DNA of 46,633 bases from an uncultured Chthoniobacteraceae bacterium (GCA_964443575.1 CAYUDZ010000003.1:1-46633); one strand, 5' to 3'. Counted from the first letter of the stretch, positions 17,995 to 27,560 are shown. Program-made: numbers and translations. Notes: generated by a model from the sequence alone, not told the origin.

Positions 17995-19086
17995 TTAATT
18001 GCTGCTCACCACCCTGCTGCCTGTCACTTTTGAGCTGAGCAGACCGAGCATTTCCGGCTTGGCCCGGGCGGCGGCCAGGATGCCACGCCCGAGCCAGGGG
18101 TTCTTGACCGCCTCTCTGGCCAGGCAGTTTATCCATAGTCGTCCGGTATAAATCGTTTTCCACTCCCTCTGGTAATGCCGTACTTTTGCCGTCGGTTGAG
18201 CATCTGTTGCCAGGATCTGGCCCGCCAGCAAGCCACTCTCCATGGCATAACGAATTCCTTCGCCGGTAAAGGGTTCAACTACCCGCGCTGCATCACCAAT
18301 CAATAGCATCTGCGGCTTGCCTGCCTGTGCCGGTCGTCGCTCGATCGGGCTGATCGTTTGCCACACCGGATTATGCGGTAGCCGAAACGCCTTGGCAGAC
18401 CAAGCCTTCAATGCCGGAATTGCGCGCGGCTTACCAACCAGACAAACATTTAATTGATCGGCACCAACATCCGCATAGCCACAATAGCCAATCGGTAAGA
18501 TTTTTAAGCCGACGGCTCCGCTGTGGCGATCATCCATTCCGGCGTAGGTTTGCAGGGCTACACGATTTCTGGGCGACTTGGCATAGATGCCATTCATCCT
18601 GCAGACCGACGAGTTTCTACCATCGGCAGCAATTAACCAGCGGGCACTGAAAGACTCGGTATTGGTATCGACCAGCCAACGGCCAGCAGCAAATTCCGTA
18701 CGTACTACCGGCTTGCCCTCATTGACATACACCCCACGCTGCCTGGCATTTTCCAGTAGCATGTAATCAAATAAGCTGCGCTTGACCGCCACCCCGGAAG
18801 AGCCATTTGCCGCACTGACAGAAAATTTGATCTTTTCCTGGTCAGCATACGAGAATTCGAGTTGGCGCATCGGCGCGTGGGGCAACTTGTTCAGTTCCGC
18901 CCTCAAATCCAGCGCATCAATTACAGCCCAACAGCCAGGATTAATACAGTCTCCGCAAACTTTTTCGCGGGGGAAAGCACAGCGTTCCAGCACGGCTGTT
19001 TTCAGACCATTGCAGGCACACACCGCAGCACAACTGGCACCTGCTGGACCGCCACCCACAATCAAAACATCAAAGTCGATCCCCAT
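17995..19086 (-). CDS. FAD-dependent oxidoreductase, geranylgeranyl-reductase-like family
   Basis: 363 aa with FDVLIVGGGPAGASCA (GxGxxG), ERCAFPREKVCGDCI, and the LLIGDAA GD motif. Confidence 0.8.
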   Translation of the reverse strand: MGIDFDVLIVGGGPAGASCAAVCACNGLKTAVLERCAFPREKVCGDCINPGCWAVIDALDLRAELNKLPHAPMRQLEFSYADQEKIKFSVSAANGSSGVAVKRSLFDYMLLENARQRGVYVNEGKPVVRTEFAAGRWLVDTNTESFSARWLIAADGRNSSVCRMNGIYAKSPRNRVALQTYAGMDDRHSGAVGLKILPIGYCGYADVGADQLNVCLVGKPRAIPALKAWSAKAFRLPHNPVWQTISPIERRPAQAGKPQMLLIGDAARVVEPFTGEGIRYAMESGLLAGQILATDAQPTAKVRHYQREWKTIYTGRLWINCLAREAVKNPWLGRGILAAARAKPEMLGLLSSKVTGSRVVSSN

Positions 19087-19115
19087 CTGCGTAATTACCT
19101 AATCGATTGCCGCGA

Positions 19116-20279
19116 TTAAATCAATGATTCGGCGATGGCATCGACCAGCAGTTTGCCACTGGCAGTCACTACCAGATTGTCACCAGCTACCCGTAATAAT
19201 TCCTGATCGAGCAACCGGGACACCTCGTCTTGATGATTATCCAGCAAAGAAATCGGTATTCCACGACTTGTCCGAAGCCCAAAAGCAATCCGCTCTCGCA
19301 AGAGAATTTCTGCACTCAGTTCTTCACGGAATCCAATAGCCGAATCACCACGGCTTATTGCGTCTATGTACCGATTGGTATCAGCAACCGCCTGCCAACG
19401 GTAGTTTCCAACCGTGCTAAATGCGCTGGGACCAAGACCCAGGTACTCGGCACCATGCCAGTATGCCAAGTTGTGCCGGCATTCGAATCCGGGGAGCGCA
19501 TAGTTGGAGGTTTCGTATTGGTTGTACCCGCTTTCTTCAAGCTCCCTCATAGTCACTTCAAAATACTCCACATCACGCTCATCACTGGTCTTAAACTCAC
19601 CACTGCGATAGCGATTCATAAATTCCGTATCCTCTTCATAAGTCAGGCAGTAGGCTGAAATGTGCTCGGGTCGCAACGCGATCGTGCGAGTCAGTGTCTC
19701 CTGCCATTGCCTGATATGTTGTCCCGGTATGGCAAAAATGTGGTCCAAGTTGATCGCCTCAAAGCCGGCTTGGCGGTAAATATCATAGGACTCCTCAGCC
19801 TGTTCCACACTATGCACCCGGCCGAGCACCTGCAGCAACTGTGGATCCCACGATTGCACACCCATGCTGATTCTATTGACCCCCAACTGCCTCAACATTT
19901 GGGCTTTTTCACCCGAAACAGTTGCCGGGTTGGTTTCAATAGTCCATTCCTCAACCTGGCTGAAATCGGCCAATGACTTTAAGCCGCTAATAAGAAAGTC
20001 CAACTGCTCGGCCCGTAAGGCCGTTGGCGTCCCGCCACCAAAGAAAACTGTCTGCGGCAATACGGGAATTTTTTTCAAGGCACATTCAAAGTCACGCAAG
20101 ACAGCATCGAGATACGGCTGGGCCTGGCTGTGGTCACCTGCTTGCTTGTAGAAGCTACAGTACGGGCAAACCTTGGGACAGAACGGGACGTGGACATAAA
20201 GGTGCCTTACTGACGATGAGCGACTATCAGGCGTTAGCGCAGCGCTGGACTCAGGTGCCAAAGATTCGCCGGTCTTCAT
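19116..20279 (-). CDS. hemW: Radical-SAM heme chaperone HemW (HemN-like, oxygen-independent coproporphyrinogen oxidase family)
   Basis: 387 aa. Motifs are LYVHVPFCPKVCPYCSFY (CxxxCxxC) and GGGTP, with a HemN_C-like C-terminus. The annotated ATG overlaps the pilT 3' end by 29 nt. Confidence 0.85.
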   Translation of the reverse strand: MKTGESLAPESSAALTPDSRSSSVRHLYVHVPFCPKVCPYCSFYKQAGDHSQAQPYLDAVLRDFECALKKIPVLPQTVFFGGGTPTALRAEQLDFLISGLKSLADFSQVEEWTIETNPATVSGEKAQMLRQLGVNRISMGVQSWDPQLLQVLGRVHSVEQAEESYDIYRQAGFEAINLDHIFAIPGQHIRQWQETLTRTIALRPEHISAYCLTYEEDTEFMNRYRSGEFKTSDERDVEYFEVTMRELEESGYNQYETSNYALPGFECRHNLAYWHGAEYLGLGPSAFSTVGNYRWQAVADTNRYIDAISRGDSAIGFREELSAEILLRERIAFGLRTSRGIPISLLDNHQDEVSRLLDQELLRVAGDNLVVTASGKLLVDAIAESLI

Positions 20280-21357
20280 GCAATACGATCCCTTTGAGTT
20301 TCATTTCCAAACCCTCTGGGTTATCGGCTGCCGCCATGGCAACTTCTTTACTTATCTTTCCCGAAGCAACCAGTTCAGCCAGCGAGCTGTTGAATGAATG
20401 CATCCCGCCTTCACCAGCGGCAACGATACCATGCAATTTATCCAGCGCACCGTCCTTGATAACTTTGCTCACACCCGGACTGCGCAAAAGCATTTCGGTC
20501 GCAGGCAGCCTGCCACCAGCCGCAGCGGCAACCAGCCGCAGGCATATCACCCCATTTAATAAGTCACCGAGCTCCCGTCTCACGATTGGCCGCTGTTCAT
20601 CCGGCAATAGCTCCAGTAGACGATCAAGTGCGCCTACTGCGCTGCCGGCATGCATTGTAGTCAGCACCAGGCGACCCGAGCGCGCTGCACGCAGCGCAGC
20701 AAGTAAGCCCTCACGGTCGCGTAACTCTCCGATCACGACAACATCCGGATCCTGCCGTAACACATTATGGAAACCCGATTCAAAACTCTGTGTATCAATT
20801 CCCACTTCGCGTTGTTCGATTCGGCTCAGCTTATCAAAATATAAAAACTCGGCTGGGTCTTCGATGGTCACTATGTGTTTGCTGCACGTAGTGTTCAGGT
20901 GGCCAACCATGGCAGCAAGCGCGGTGGACTTGCCCGCGCCGGTCCGCCCGGAAATCAGGAATAATCCACTCGCAGCTTCCGCCATGGCAGCGAGTACATT
21001 AGGCAACCCCAACTCACTTAACTGCGGCACCTGCTTGCGTATCCGCCGCAATGCGATGGCCGGTTCGCCACTTTGCATCGCAACGTTCACACGATACGCA
21101 TCATATTCTGCAGGGCGAAAGGAGACGTCCACTTCACCGCACGCATACAAACGATCCAGTGCTGCCGGCTGCAATAACTCTGCAAGTAATTCTTCTACCT
21201 GCTCAGCATCAACCATGGGCAGATCGATAGTTTGTAATTCACCGACTACTCTTAGTGCCGGCTGCACTCCGGGCTTTAAATGAATATCGGACGCATCGCT
21301 TGATGAGGCTTCATCAAGTAGCATACGAAGCAACTCGTTGGCCACCAACTTACTCAT
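20251..21357 (-). CDS. pilT: PilT/PilU-family type IV pilus retraction-type hexameric ATPase
   Basis: 368 aa with Walker A (GRTGAGKST), Walker B (VVVIGELRD) and a His box (LVLTTMHAGSA). ATGA overlap with the upstream activator gene. Confidence 0.8.
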   Translation of the reverse strand: MSKLVANELLRMLLDEASSSDASDIHLKPGVQPALRVVGELQTIDLPMVDAEQVEELLAELLQPAALDRLYACGEVDVSFRPAEYDAYRVNVAMQSGEPAIALRRIRKQVPQLSELGLPNVLAAMAEAASGLFLISGRTGAGKSTALAAMVGHLNTTCSKHIVTIEDPAEFLYFDKLSRIEQREVGIDTQSFESGFHNVLRQDPDVVVIGELRDREGLLAALRAARSGRLVLTTMHAGSAVGALDRLLELLPDEQRPIVRRELGDLLNGVICLRLVAAAAGGRLPATEMLLRSPGVSKVIKDGALDKLHGIVAAGEGGMHSFNSSLAELVASGKISKEVAMAAADNPEGLEMKLKGIVLHEDRRIFGT

Positions 21358-22820
21358 GAGCTGGTCAGGTTATATCTTTCCAACCGCTTGCGTAAAGTTG
21401 CCCGGGTAACCCCCAGCAGCTTGGCCGCCTTAACCTGGTTGCCATTGGTCAGCTTCATCGCCTGTTCGGTAAATTTCTGTTCTACCCAAGGCAGCAGTTG
21501 CATCTCCGGATCATTATTTGCCATTTCAAAAAGCCGCAGGATCGCATCGTCTGCCGAAACAACTTCGGGTGCCTGCCGGGGAGCACTCTCAGGGTACACA
21601 GGCTGCACCGGCAAGGGGGCAACAGCATCATCACCCTCGACTTTCTCTGCTTGTTGTAGTGGTAAATCCTTGGGTAATAGCAGGTCGACAGTTGCCAACA
21701 CGCTGGCCCGTTCCAGCGTATTCTCCAGCTCGCGTACATTGCCGGGCCATGGGTAGGACTCCAGCGCTTGCGCCGCTTCCTCGGAAAGCTGCAGCGGTGG
21801 CTGATGCTTCCTGCGGGCGATTTTGCTAAGGAAATATTCCGCCAGTAAGCGGATGTCCTCGGTGCGCTGGCGCAGCGGTGGTAAATGAATCCGCACGACA
21901 TTCAAGCGGTAAAACAGGTCTTCACGAAACCGCTTCTCAGTCACCTCATCTTCAAGATTCTTGTTGGTCGCAGCGATGATCCGGACATCTGCTTTGATGG
22001 TGTCCGTCCCACCAAGTCGGGTGAAAATACCATCCTGCAGGACACGCAGTAATTTAGTTTGGATTGGCATCGGCATGTCACCAACTTCATCCAAAAACAG
22101 GGTGCCCCCATCACACTGCTCGAAACGACCGGTTCGCTGGGAAGACGCACCGGTGAAGGCACCGCGCTCGTGGCCAAACAATTCACTTTCCAGAAGATTT
22201 TCCGGAATCGCCGCACAGTTGATTGCAAAGAATGTCCCTTTAGCCCGTGCACCATAGCGATGGATAGCGCTGGCAACCAGCTCTTTCCCGGTACCGCTCT
22301 CACCGGTAATCATGACCGGTGCATCGCTGTGCGCAACTCGACCAACCATTTTGAAGACTTGCTGCATCACCAGCGACCGGCCAACGATACTGTCCTGGTG
22401 CTGCTCGACGGTTAACTGAGGCTTGAAAGCAATAGCTGCCTCAACGTCCGCCCTCGCACGCAAGGCTTCGTCGACTACCACTTTAAGGTTAAAAGGCAAC
22501 GATTCCTTACGGATAAAGTCGAATGCCCCCATCTTCATCGCTTCGATCACACTTTGGGTGCTGCCAAACGCACTAATCAGGATCACCATGGCATTCGGGT
22601 TGCCTTCACGGATCTTGGCAAGGAGCTCAAGCCCTGACAGTGGTTGCAAATGTGTCTCAATCAGGCACAAGTCTGGAGCCTCCACAGCAAACGTCTTGAG
22701 CGCTTTATCGGAGCGGGTTTCAACCAGTACTTCTGTGTCTGCTGTCACCAATTGACGCTCGACCCACTCAAGAAAGTCGGTCTCACTGTCAACTACCAAG
22801 ATTTTCCTGCGCTGCCCCAT
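21354..22820 (-). CDS. Sigma-54-dependent transcriptional activator, NtrC family (atypical receiver + AAA+ + Fis-type HTH)
   Basis: The ORF is open to 22865. The start MGQRRKILVVD at 22820 avoids overlap with uppS. Motifs are Walker A (GESGTGKE), ESELFGHERGAFTGA (the GAFTGA loop), and the C-terminal HTH (AAKLLGVTRATLRKRL). The receiver has Glu at the phospho-acceptor position (see findings). Confidence 0.85.
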   Translation of the reverse strand: MGQRRKILVVDSETDFLEWVERQLVTADTEVLVETRSDKALKTFAVEAPDLCLIETHLQPLSGLELLAKIREGNPNAMVILISAFGSTQSVIEAMKMGAFDFIRKESLPFNLKVVVDEALRARADVEAAIAFKPQLTVEQHQDSIVGRSLVMQQVFKMVGRVAHSDAPVMITGESGTGKELVASAIHRYGARAKGTFFAINCAAIPENLLESELFGHERGAFTGASSQRTGRFEQCDGGTLFLDEVGDMPMPIQTKLLRVLQDGIFTRLGGTDTIKADVRIIAATNKNLEDEVTEKRFREDLFYRLNVVRIHLPPLRQRTEDIRLLAEYFLSKIARRKHQPPLQLSEEAAQALESYPWPGNVRELENTLERASVLATVDLLLPKDLPLQQAEKVEGDDAVAPLPVQPVYPESAPRQAPEVVSADDAILRLFEMANNDPEMQLLPWVEQKFTEQAMKLTNGNQVKAAKLLGVTRATLRKRLERYNLTSS

Positions 22821-22824
22821 AATG

Positions 22825-23538
22825 TCAGACTGAACCAAACCTTCTCTGCCGTCGGCTGTAATCATTAATTGCTTCGGCCATTTCCTGTTTACGGAAATCC
22901 GGCCAGAGCTTATTGGAAATAAATATTTCCGTGTAACTCAACTGCCACAGCAGAAAATTTGATATCCGCATCTCCCCGGAAGTGCGGATCAACAAATCGG
23001 GGTCCGGTATTCCCGATGTATACAGGTGTGAGTCCATACACGACTCATCAATCTCATCCAGCGCCAGTTCGGAGTTGGAAACCTTGTGCGCGATCTTCCT
23101 GACGGCATTGAGGATCTCCTGGCGTGATCCGTAGCTGAGGGCCAGCACCAGATTGAGCTTCGAGTTAGCAGCACTCTGCGCGATGGCCTGATCTAATGCC
23201 TGCCCGCATTTCTTGGGCAACCGCTCCAAATCACCGATGGCCAAAAGGCGGATCCCTTTTTCGACCATCTCCTTGGTGCGGCTGGTCAGAAACTTTTCCA
23301 ACAACCCCATTAAGGCATTGATTTCAGCTTGCGGCCGCTTCCAGTTCTCCATGCTGAATGCGTATAAGGTCAACCACTCCACCCCAAAGTCACTGCATGC
23401 TTCAGCCACTGCGGCGACGGAGTTCGCCCCCTCCTCGTGACCACGGATACGCGGCAGCCCACGCTCACTTGCCCAGCGACCATTGCCGTCCATCACGATG
23501 GCAATATGACGTGGTGTACTATTTGGGGTCGTAGCCAT
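22825..23538 (-). CDS. uppS: Undecaprenyl-diphosphate synthase (cis-isoprenyl transferase)
   Basis: 237 aa with HIAIVMDGNGRWA, LTLYAFSMENWKRP and IRTSGEMRISNFLLWQLSYTE. Confidence 0.9.
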   Translation of the reverse strand: MATTPNSTPRHIAIVMDGNGRWASERGLPRIRGHEEGANSVAAVAEACSDFGVEWLTLYAFSMENWKRPQAEINALMGLLEKFLTSRTKEMVEKGIRLLAIGDLERLPKKCGQALDQAIAQSAANSKLNLVLALSYGSRQEILNAVRKIAHKVSNSELALDEIDESCMDSHLYTSGIPDPDLLIRTSGEMRISNFLLWQLSYTEIFISNKLWPDFRKQEMAEAINDYSRRQRRFGSV

Positions 23539-23563
23539 CAGTTCATATTCGCCTGTTTCATTG

Positions 23564-26500
23564 TCAATTGACAGAACGTTTTCGGTTCTGCCGAGCCTTG
23601 GGACGCATTACCCTTACAGTTAATTGGTTGCGCAAACTGGCATGCAGCAGCATCAGCACAATCAGTGTCGATAGATTTAATATAATAACATTAAACTGGA
23701 AGACTGACCAAGTACTTCCCAAATACCACTTATCGGGACCAAAAAACACATTGATTTTCTCAGTCCTCAAATAATCCTCCTGCTCTATCTCCGCAGTTGT
23801 AACTAGATCAGCAACCTTTTGGTTTACATAAATTTGCTCGGCTGAGACAACCCGCTCGTTACCATGCAAGTCAGTCACCGCCACTTGTTCGCCCGCCAGT
23901 ATCCGGTCAACTAACTCCAGCTTTTCATCAATTATTGATTTGGAGGCGGCTTCCAACCCGGTCACCGCTGCCAATATCTGCAGGCTGTATTTCAGTTTTT
24001 CTGCTGCCGCCTCATCCGATTTAGCCTCAACTTTAAGCTGATCAACCTGCTGCTGTACGGCAAGTTGACGCCTGGTAAGCGGGTTGTTTTTTGCCAAATC
24101 GACTATCAATGCTTCATACGACCAGCGGATTGGCATCCACTGGCTGATCCAGGGCACTTCGAGGTCGCTTTTTGGTGCCATATCTGCGGACTCAGGGTGA
24201 TTACGTGCCCAGCGTTCGAGCACATGGACGAAGTCGAGGTTTCGGTTCATTTCCTCATATTTAATCAACGCACCGCCGAGGATAATTTGCGGGATAAGCA
24301 CCAGCGGCAGAATGTTGACTGCCGTCTTGGCATCTGAAACCAGCGAGGAGATAAGCAGGCCGATGGCTATACCGCTCAATGAAGTCACAAACATATACCA
24401 CACCTGCATCCAGAACACCCCGCGAACCTCCAGCAGAGCGCTGCCAATCCAGACAAACAGGATACACTGCAAAAATGCAAACAGCGCCAGCGTCAACAGC
24501 TTGGATACGATGTAATACCACAACCGTAAGTTCAGGTTGCGTTCGCGGCGCAGGATCGAACGATCTCGGATGATATCGTCGGCACTGTTAGTTAACCCAA
24601 GAAACATAGCTACCACCAGCGACAGAAACATGTAGGTCGGTATGTGGAAGGCAGTCGCAAAGCTGTAGCTGCCGCTTTCAGAAAAGCGCAGCACCAGACC
24701 AAAAAGCGCCGCCAGCATCGGTGCCTCGACCATGGTGGTGAGGATGTTAGCCCGGTTGCGTAGTTTACTCAGGAAAGCACGTTGCAATTGCGCGATAAAC
24801 TGGGTCCACTCATCGTGCCAGCGAATTTTGTCCTGTCGCAAAGTTGGCATCACGACGGTATCCGGCGCCGCATCCTTACGTTTCACGGCAACTTGCCCGA
24901 CATCCTGCATCAGCCTGTAGCTCTCGTACTTATCTCTCCAGTACTCTGGGCTAAACCTGCGTGCAGGCACTAACTGACCATCTTTGTTTTCTTCGTAAAT
25001 GATATCTCCGCCCAGATCGCGCAGTGGTGTTTCGAGGACATCAAAAACAAATTCTGGGCCCACCTCTTCGCTGTAGTTGCGTACTGCATCAAAGATCCCG
25101 GGGTAACGCTCCCGCTCAGCATCGGCAAAATAGCGCAACATTTCATTGGGGGTGCCAAAGAAAACCAGTTTGCCACCCTTGTCTAACAACACAGCCTTAT
25201 GAAACATGTGAAACAACTTGGCTGACGGCTGGTGGATGGTAACCAGCACAATTTTGTTGTGCGATATGCCACGAATAATATCGATGACGTGCTCGGAGTC
25301 TTTTGATGACAGTCCGGAGGTTGGTTCATCTAACAGGTAAACATCCGAGTTACCAATCATATCCAAGCCGATGTTCAGTCGCTTGCGCTCGCCGCCGCTC
25401 AGTGTCTTCCTGTTGGGCATACCAACCTGGCTACCACGCCTTTCTATCAATCCCAATTCCAGCAGCTTGCCAGATACCCGGCGTGCCCGGTCACGCTGGG
25501 ACAGGTGCGGTGCACGCATGGCGGCTGCGTAGTCGAGGTTCTCTTCGACCGTCAAATGCTCGTCAAATGCGTCATCCTGTGGAACAAAGCTGATGTAGCC
25601 TTTCAACTGTGCAAGATTGGGGTAGAGGCTTAAACCATTCATGCTGATCTCACCGGCGCTTGGCGGCAACTGGCCGGCGATGGATTGCAACAACGTGCTT
25701 TTGCCGGAGCCACTCGCTCCCATCACACAAACCATTTCACCGCGCCGCACATCAAAGCTCACCCCGTCCAGCCCGACATCACCATTGGCAAATCTGACCC
25801 GTAAATCCCTCACCTCCAGCGACCGGATAATGTTCCTGCGCTCCTCGATGATGCGCTCGGAAAAATCACAACGTAAAACTTGCCCCGAATCAATTCGCAC
25901 CAAATCACCATCCTGCAAGCTGACCCGATTGCGCACCGGCTGTCCCCGCACGACAATCGGACGATCCGAGTCCAGTACCTCGAGCATGCCTGTCAACTTT
26001 TCATAGTCACATGAGATGCGCAGCAAGACCTCACCACTGGTCCCCGGCGACAGCAAAATATCATCCGCGCTTAAGCGACCGGGATTGTTGGACACAAGGT
26101 ATTCGAACTTACTGGGCTGTAATTTAAAGCGTCCACCCATCGCCCGGGCCCGGCGCCTGAGGTCAAGCAGCTCAAGTGTGCTTCCGCCGTGAAAAACGAT
26201 TGCATCCTCAAGATTGGCAGTAAAAGTTTGCTCCTTGCGCAGCTCTTGGCCATTCAATTCCGCCTGCACCTCCCTAAGGGCTTCAACCTTGACATTTAAA
26301 CCAAATATCACACGCAAGATACTGTCGCGCTCACGGGATCGCGTAATCTCCACTTCGTCATCACTGTTGACCTTCAGAAAAATCTCCGGAACCGAAACGC
26401 CCTTCTTGGCATTGAAGTAGAAGAGCAAATCCTGGAATGTGATCACCTGACCTCGCAAAATAATCCGTTGGCCAGGATAGATCCTGCAAAACTCCTGCGG

Positions 26501-27226
26501 CTTGACTGCCCGCCCGCGTACCAGGATCGGTGACTTGCTTAAATTCTTCAACAAGATGAGATCGTGGTACTGGTAGACCCTGACAAATTCGTCATCCATC
26601 AGCGAGCTGAGGGTTACATCGGAGGAAACGGCATCGGCTCCAAAGACCAGCACCTCCAGTTGCACGTTGCTTTCAGGCAGTACCTGCGCGTCTTCATTTT
26701 CAGCATTTAACTGGTAAACAATTTCGATCGCTTGCGCGGCCATATCGAGGTCATCCATGAACTCGTAATAAACGGCCAATTGGTCGTGCTGCATGCCAGC
26801 CTTACTAATTAAATCGTACAATTGGACGCACAGCAGCAGTTTACGGTCAGGCGATAACTCCTTACTGAGGCGGGCAGCCATCGCGCTGAGGTCATGTTGT
26901 TCATCCAGCGCCTGTCGAAATAGCGCCCGCAGCTCAGAATACACTGCATCAGGGTAATCATAGCGCAAGAAGCCAAGGATCGAATCAACCTCCTCTTCCT
27001 GGACCTCTCCATCTACTTTGGTAAATCCCGCAAGCACTCGAATCAATACCGGTAGCATATTGGGGCCTTCGGAAACGGATCGTGGCCGCCCGGCTAAACG
27101 CCGGAAGCGGTCGACTACCCAGCGTTCAAACCGGTAAAAGTAGGGAGCCGCACGCTTGTGGAAGATTTCGATTCGGCGGATGAACGCCTGCAACTTACTT
27201 CTTTCTGATTGTTGCATTTTTGGCAT
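23564..27226 (-). CDS. Giant fusion protein: TerB-like domain + 2-3 FHA-like modules + ABC ATPase + ABC-2/ABCG-type permease (Rv1747-like architecture)
   Basis: 1220 aa. The TerB-like N-terminus is LAGFTKVDGEVQEEEVDSILGFL. The FHA-like blocks are GADAVSSDVTL...LVRGRAV...GQRIILRGQVITF and GRLSADDILL...VVRGQPV...LQDGDLVRIDSGQVLRCDF. ABC motifs are Walker A (GASGSGKST), signature (LSGGERKRLNIG) and Walker B (YLLDEPTSGLS). About 6 C-terminal TM helices follow, with a long coiled-coil-like loop before the last helix. Confidence 0.8.
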   Translation of the reverse strand: MPKMQQSERSKLQAFIRRIEIFHKRAAPYFYRFERWVVDRFRRLAGRPRSVSEGPNMLPVLIRVLAGFTKVDGEVQEEEVDSILGFLRYDYPDAVYSELRALFRQALDEQHDLSAMAARLSKELSPDRKLLLCVQLYDLISKAGMQHDQLAVYYEFMDDLDMAAQAIEIVYQLNAENEDAQVLPESNVQLEVLVFGADAVSSDVTLSSLMDDEFVRVYQYHDLILLKNLSKSPILVRGRAVKPQEFCRIYPGQRIILRGQVITFQDLLFYFNAKKGVSVPEIFLKVNSDDEVEITRSRERDSILRVIFGLNVKVEALREVQAELNGQELRKEQTFTANLEDAIVFHGGSTLELLDLRRRARAMGGRFKLQPSKFEYLVSNNPGRLSADDILLSPGTSGEVLLRISCDYEKLTGMLEVLDSDRPIVVRGQPVRNRVSLQDGDLVRIDSGQVLRCDFSERIIEERRNIIRSLEVRDLRVRFANGDVGLDGVSFDVRRGEMVCVMGASGSGKSTLLQSIAGQLPPSAGEISMNGLSLYPNLAQLKGYISFVPQDDAFDEHLTVEENLDYAAAMRAPHLSQRDRARRVSGKLLELGLIERRGSQVGMPNRKTLSGGERKRLNIGLDMIGNSDVYLLDEPTSGLSSKDSEHVIDIIRGISHNKIVLVTIHQPSAKLFHMFHKAVLLDKGGKLVFFGTPNEMLRYFADAERERYPGIFDAVRNYSEEVGPEFVFDVLETPLRDLGGDIIYEENKDGQLVPARRFSPEYWRDKYESYRLMQDVGQVAVKRKDAAPDTVVMPTLRQDKIRWHDEWTQFIAQLQRAFLSKLRNRANILTTMVEAPMLAALFGLVLRFSESGSYSFATAFHIPTYMFLSLVVAMFLGLTNSADDIIRDRSILRRERNLNLRLWYYIVSKLLTLALFAFLQCILFVWIGSALLEVRGVFWMQVWYMFVTSLSGIAIGLLISSLVSDAKTAVNILPLVLIPQIILGGALIKYEEMNRNLDFVHVLERWARNHPESADMAPKSDLEVPWISQWMPIRWSYEALIVDLAKNNPLTRRQLAVQQQVDQLKVEAKSDEAAAEKLKYSLQILAAVTGLEAASKSIIDEKLELVDRILAGEQVAVTDLHGNERVVSAEQIYVNQKVADLVTTAEIEQEDYLRTEKINVFFGPDKWYLGSTWSVFQFNVIILNLSTLIVLMLLHASLRNQLTVRVMRPKARQNRKRSVN

Positions 27227-27276
27227 GCTGGTTATTTCGTCGCTGGTTGCGTATCAGGACGAGCGAATAGTTGCCA

Positions 27277-27531
27277 CTAGTCAAGGTCTTCGGCGATGAC
27301 ACTTTGCCTCTGCCGTGAGGCAAGATAGCGGGCCTGCTTGGTCACGCCGGATACACTTGCATCAAACCGGTAAGCATTACAATTAGAGCACATCGCTGTC
27401 GACCGCGATACAACCGAGCCGCAGCCCTCACATACCTTGAAAGCTGTAGGGTTAGCTACTATTTTCATTGCACGCTGCTCGCGATCACTATCGTGCGGTG
27501 TTGGTTCACTCGACATTTCTATTTCAAGCAT
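27277..27531 (-). CDS. Small zinc-ribbon protein (hypothetical)
   Basis: 84-aa ORF with CEGCGSVVSRSTAMCSNCNAY (CxxC-x11-CxxC). It lies first in the co-directional string upstream of the ABC gene. The true start is uncertain; internal Met codons are possible. Confidence 0.5.
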   Translation of the reverse strand: MLEIEMSSEPTPHDSDREQRAMKIVANPTAFKVCEGCGSVVSRSTAMCSNCNAYRFDASVSGVTKQARYLASRQRQSVIAEDLD

Positions 27532-27560
27532 AAACCATATAGCACCACATTGACAAACTA

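Noticed and set aside
20024-21283. A 419-aa plus-strand ORF, one of the longer ORFs in the window
   Set aside because: It lies entirely antisense to pilT and the hemW 5' end. Its sequence is Ser/Ala/Arg/Pro-rich low complexity with no motif, whereas the minus-strand genes carry unambiguous Walker and radical-SAM motifs. It is a typical shadow ORF.
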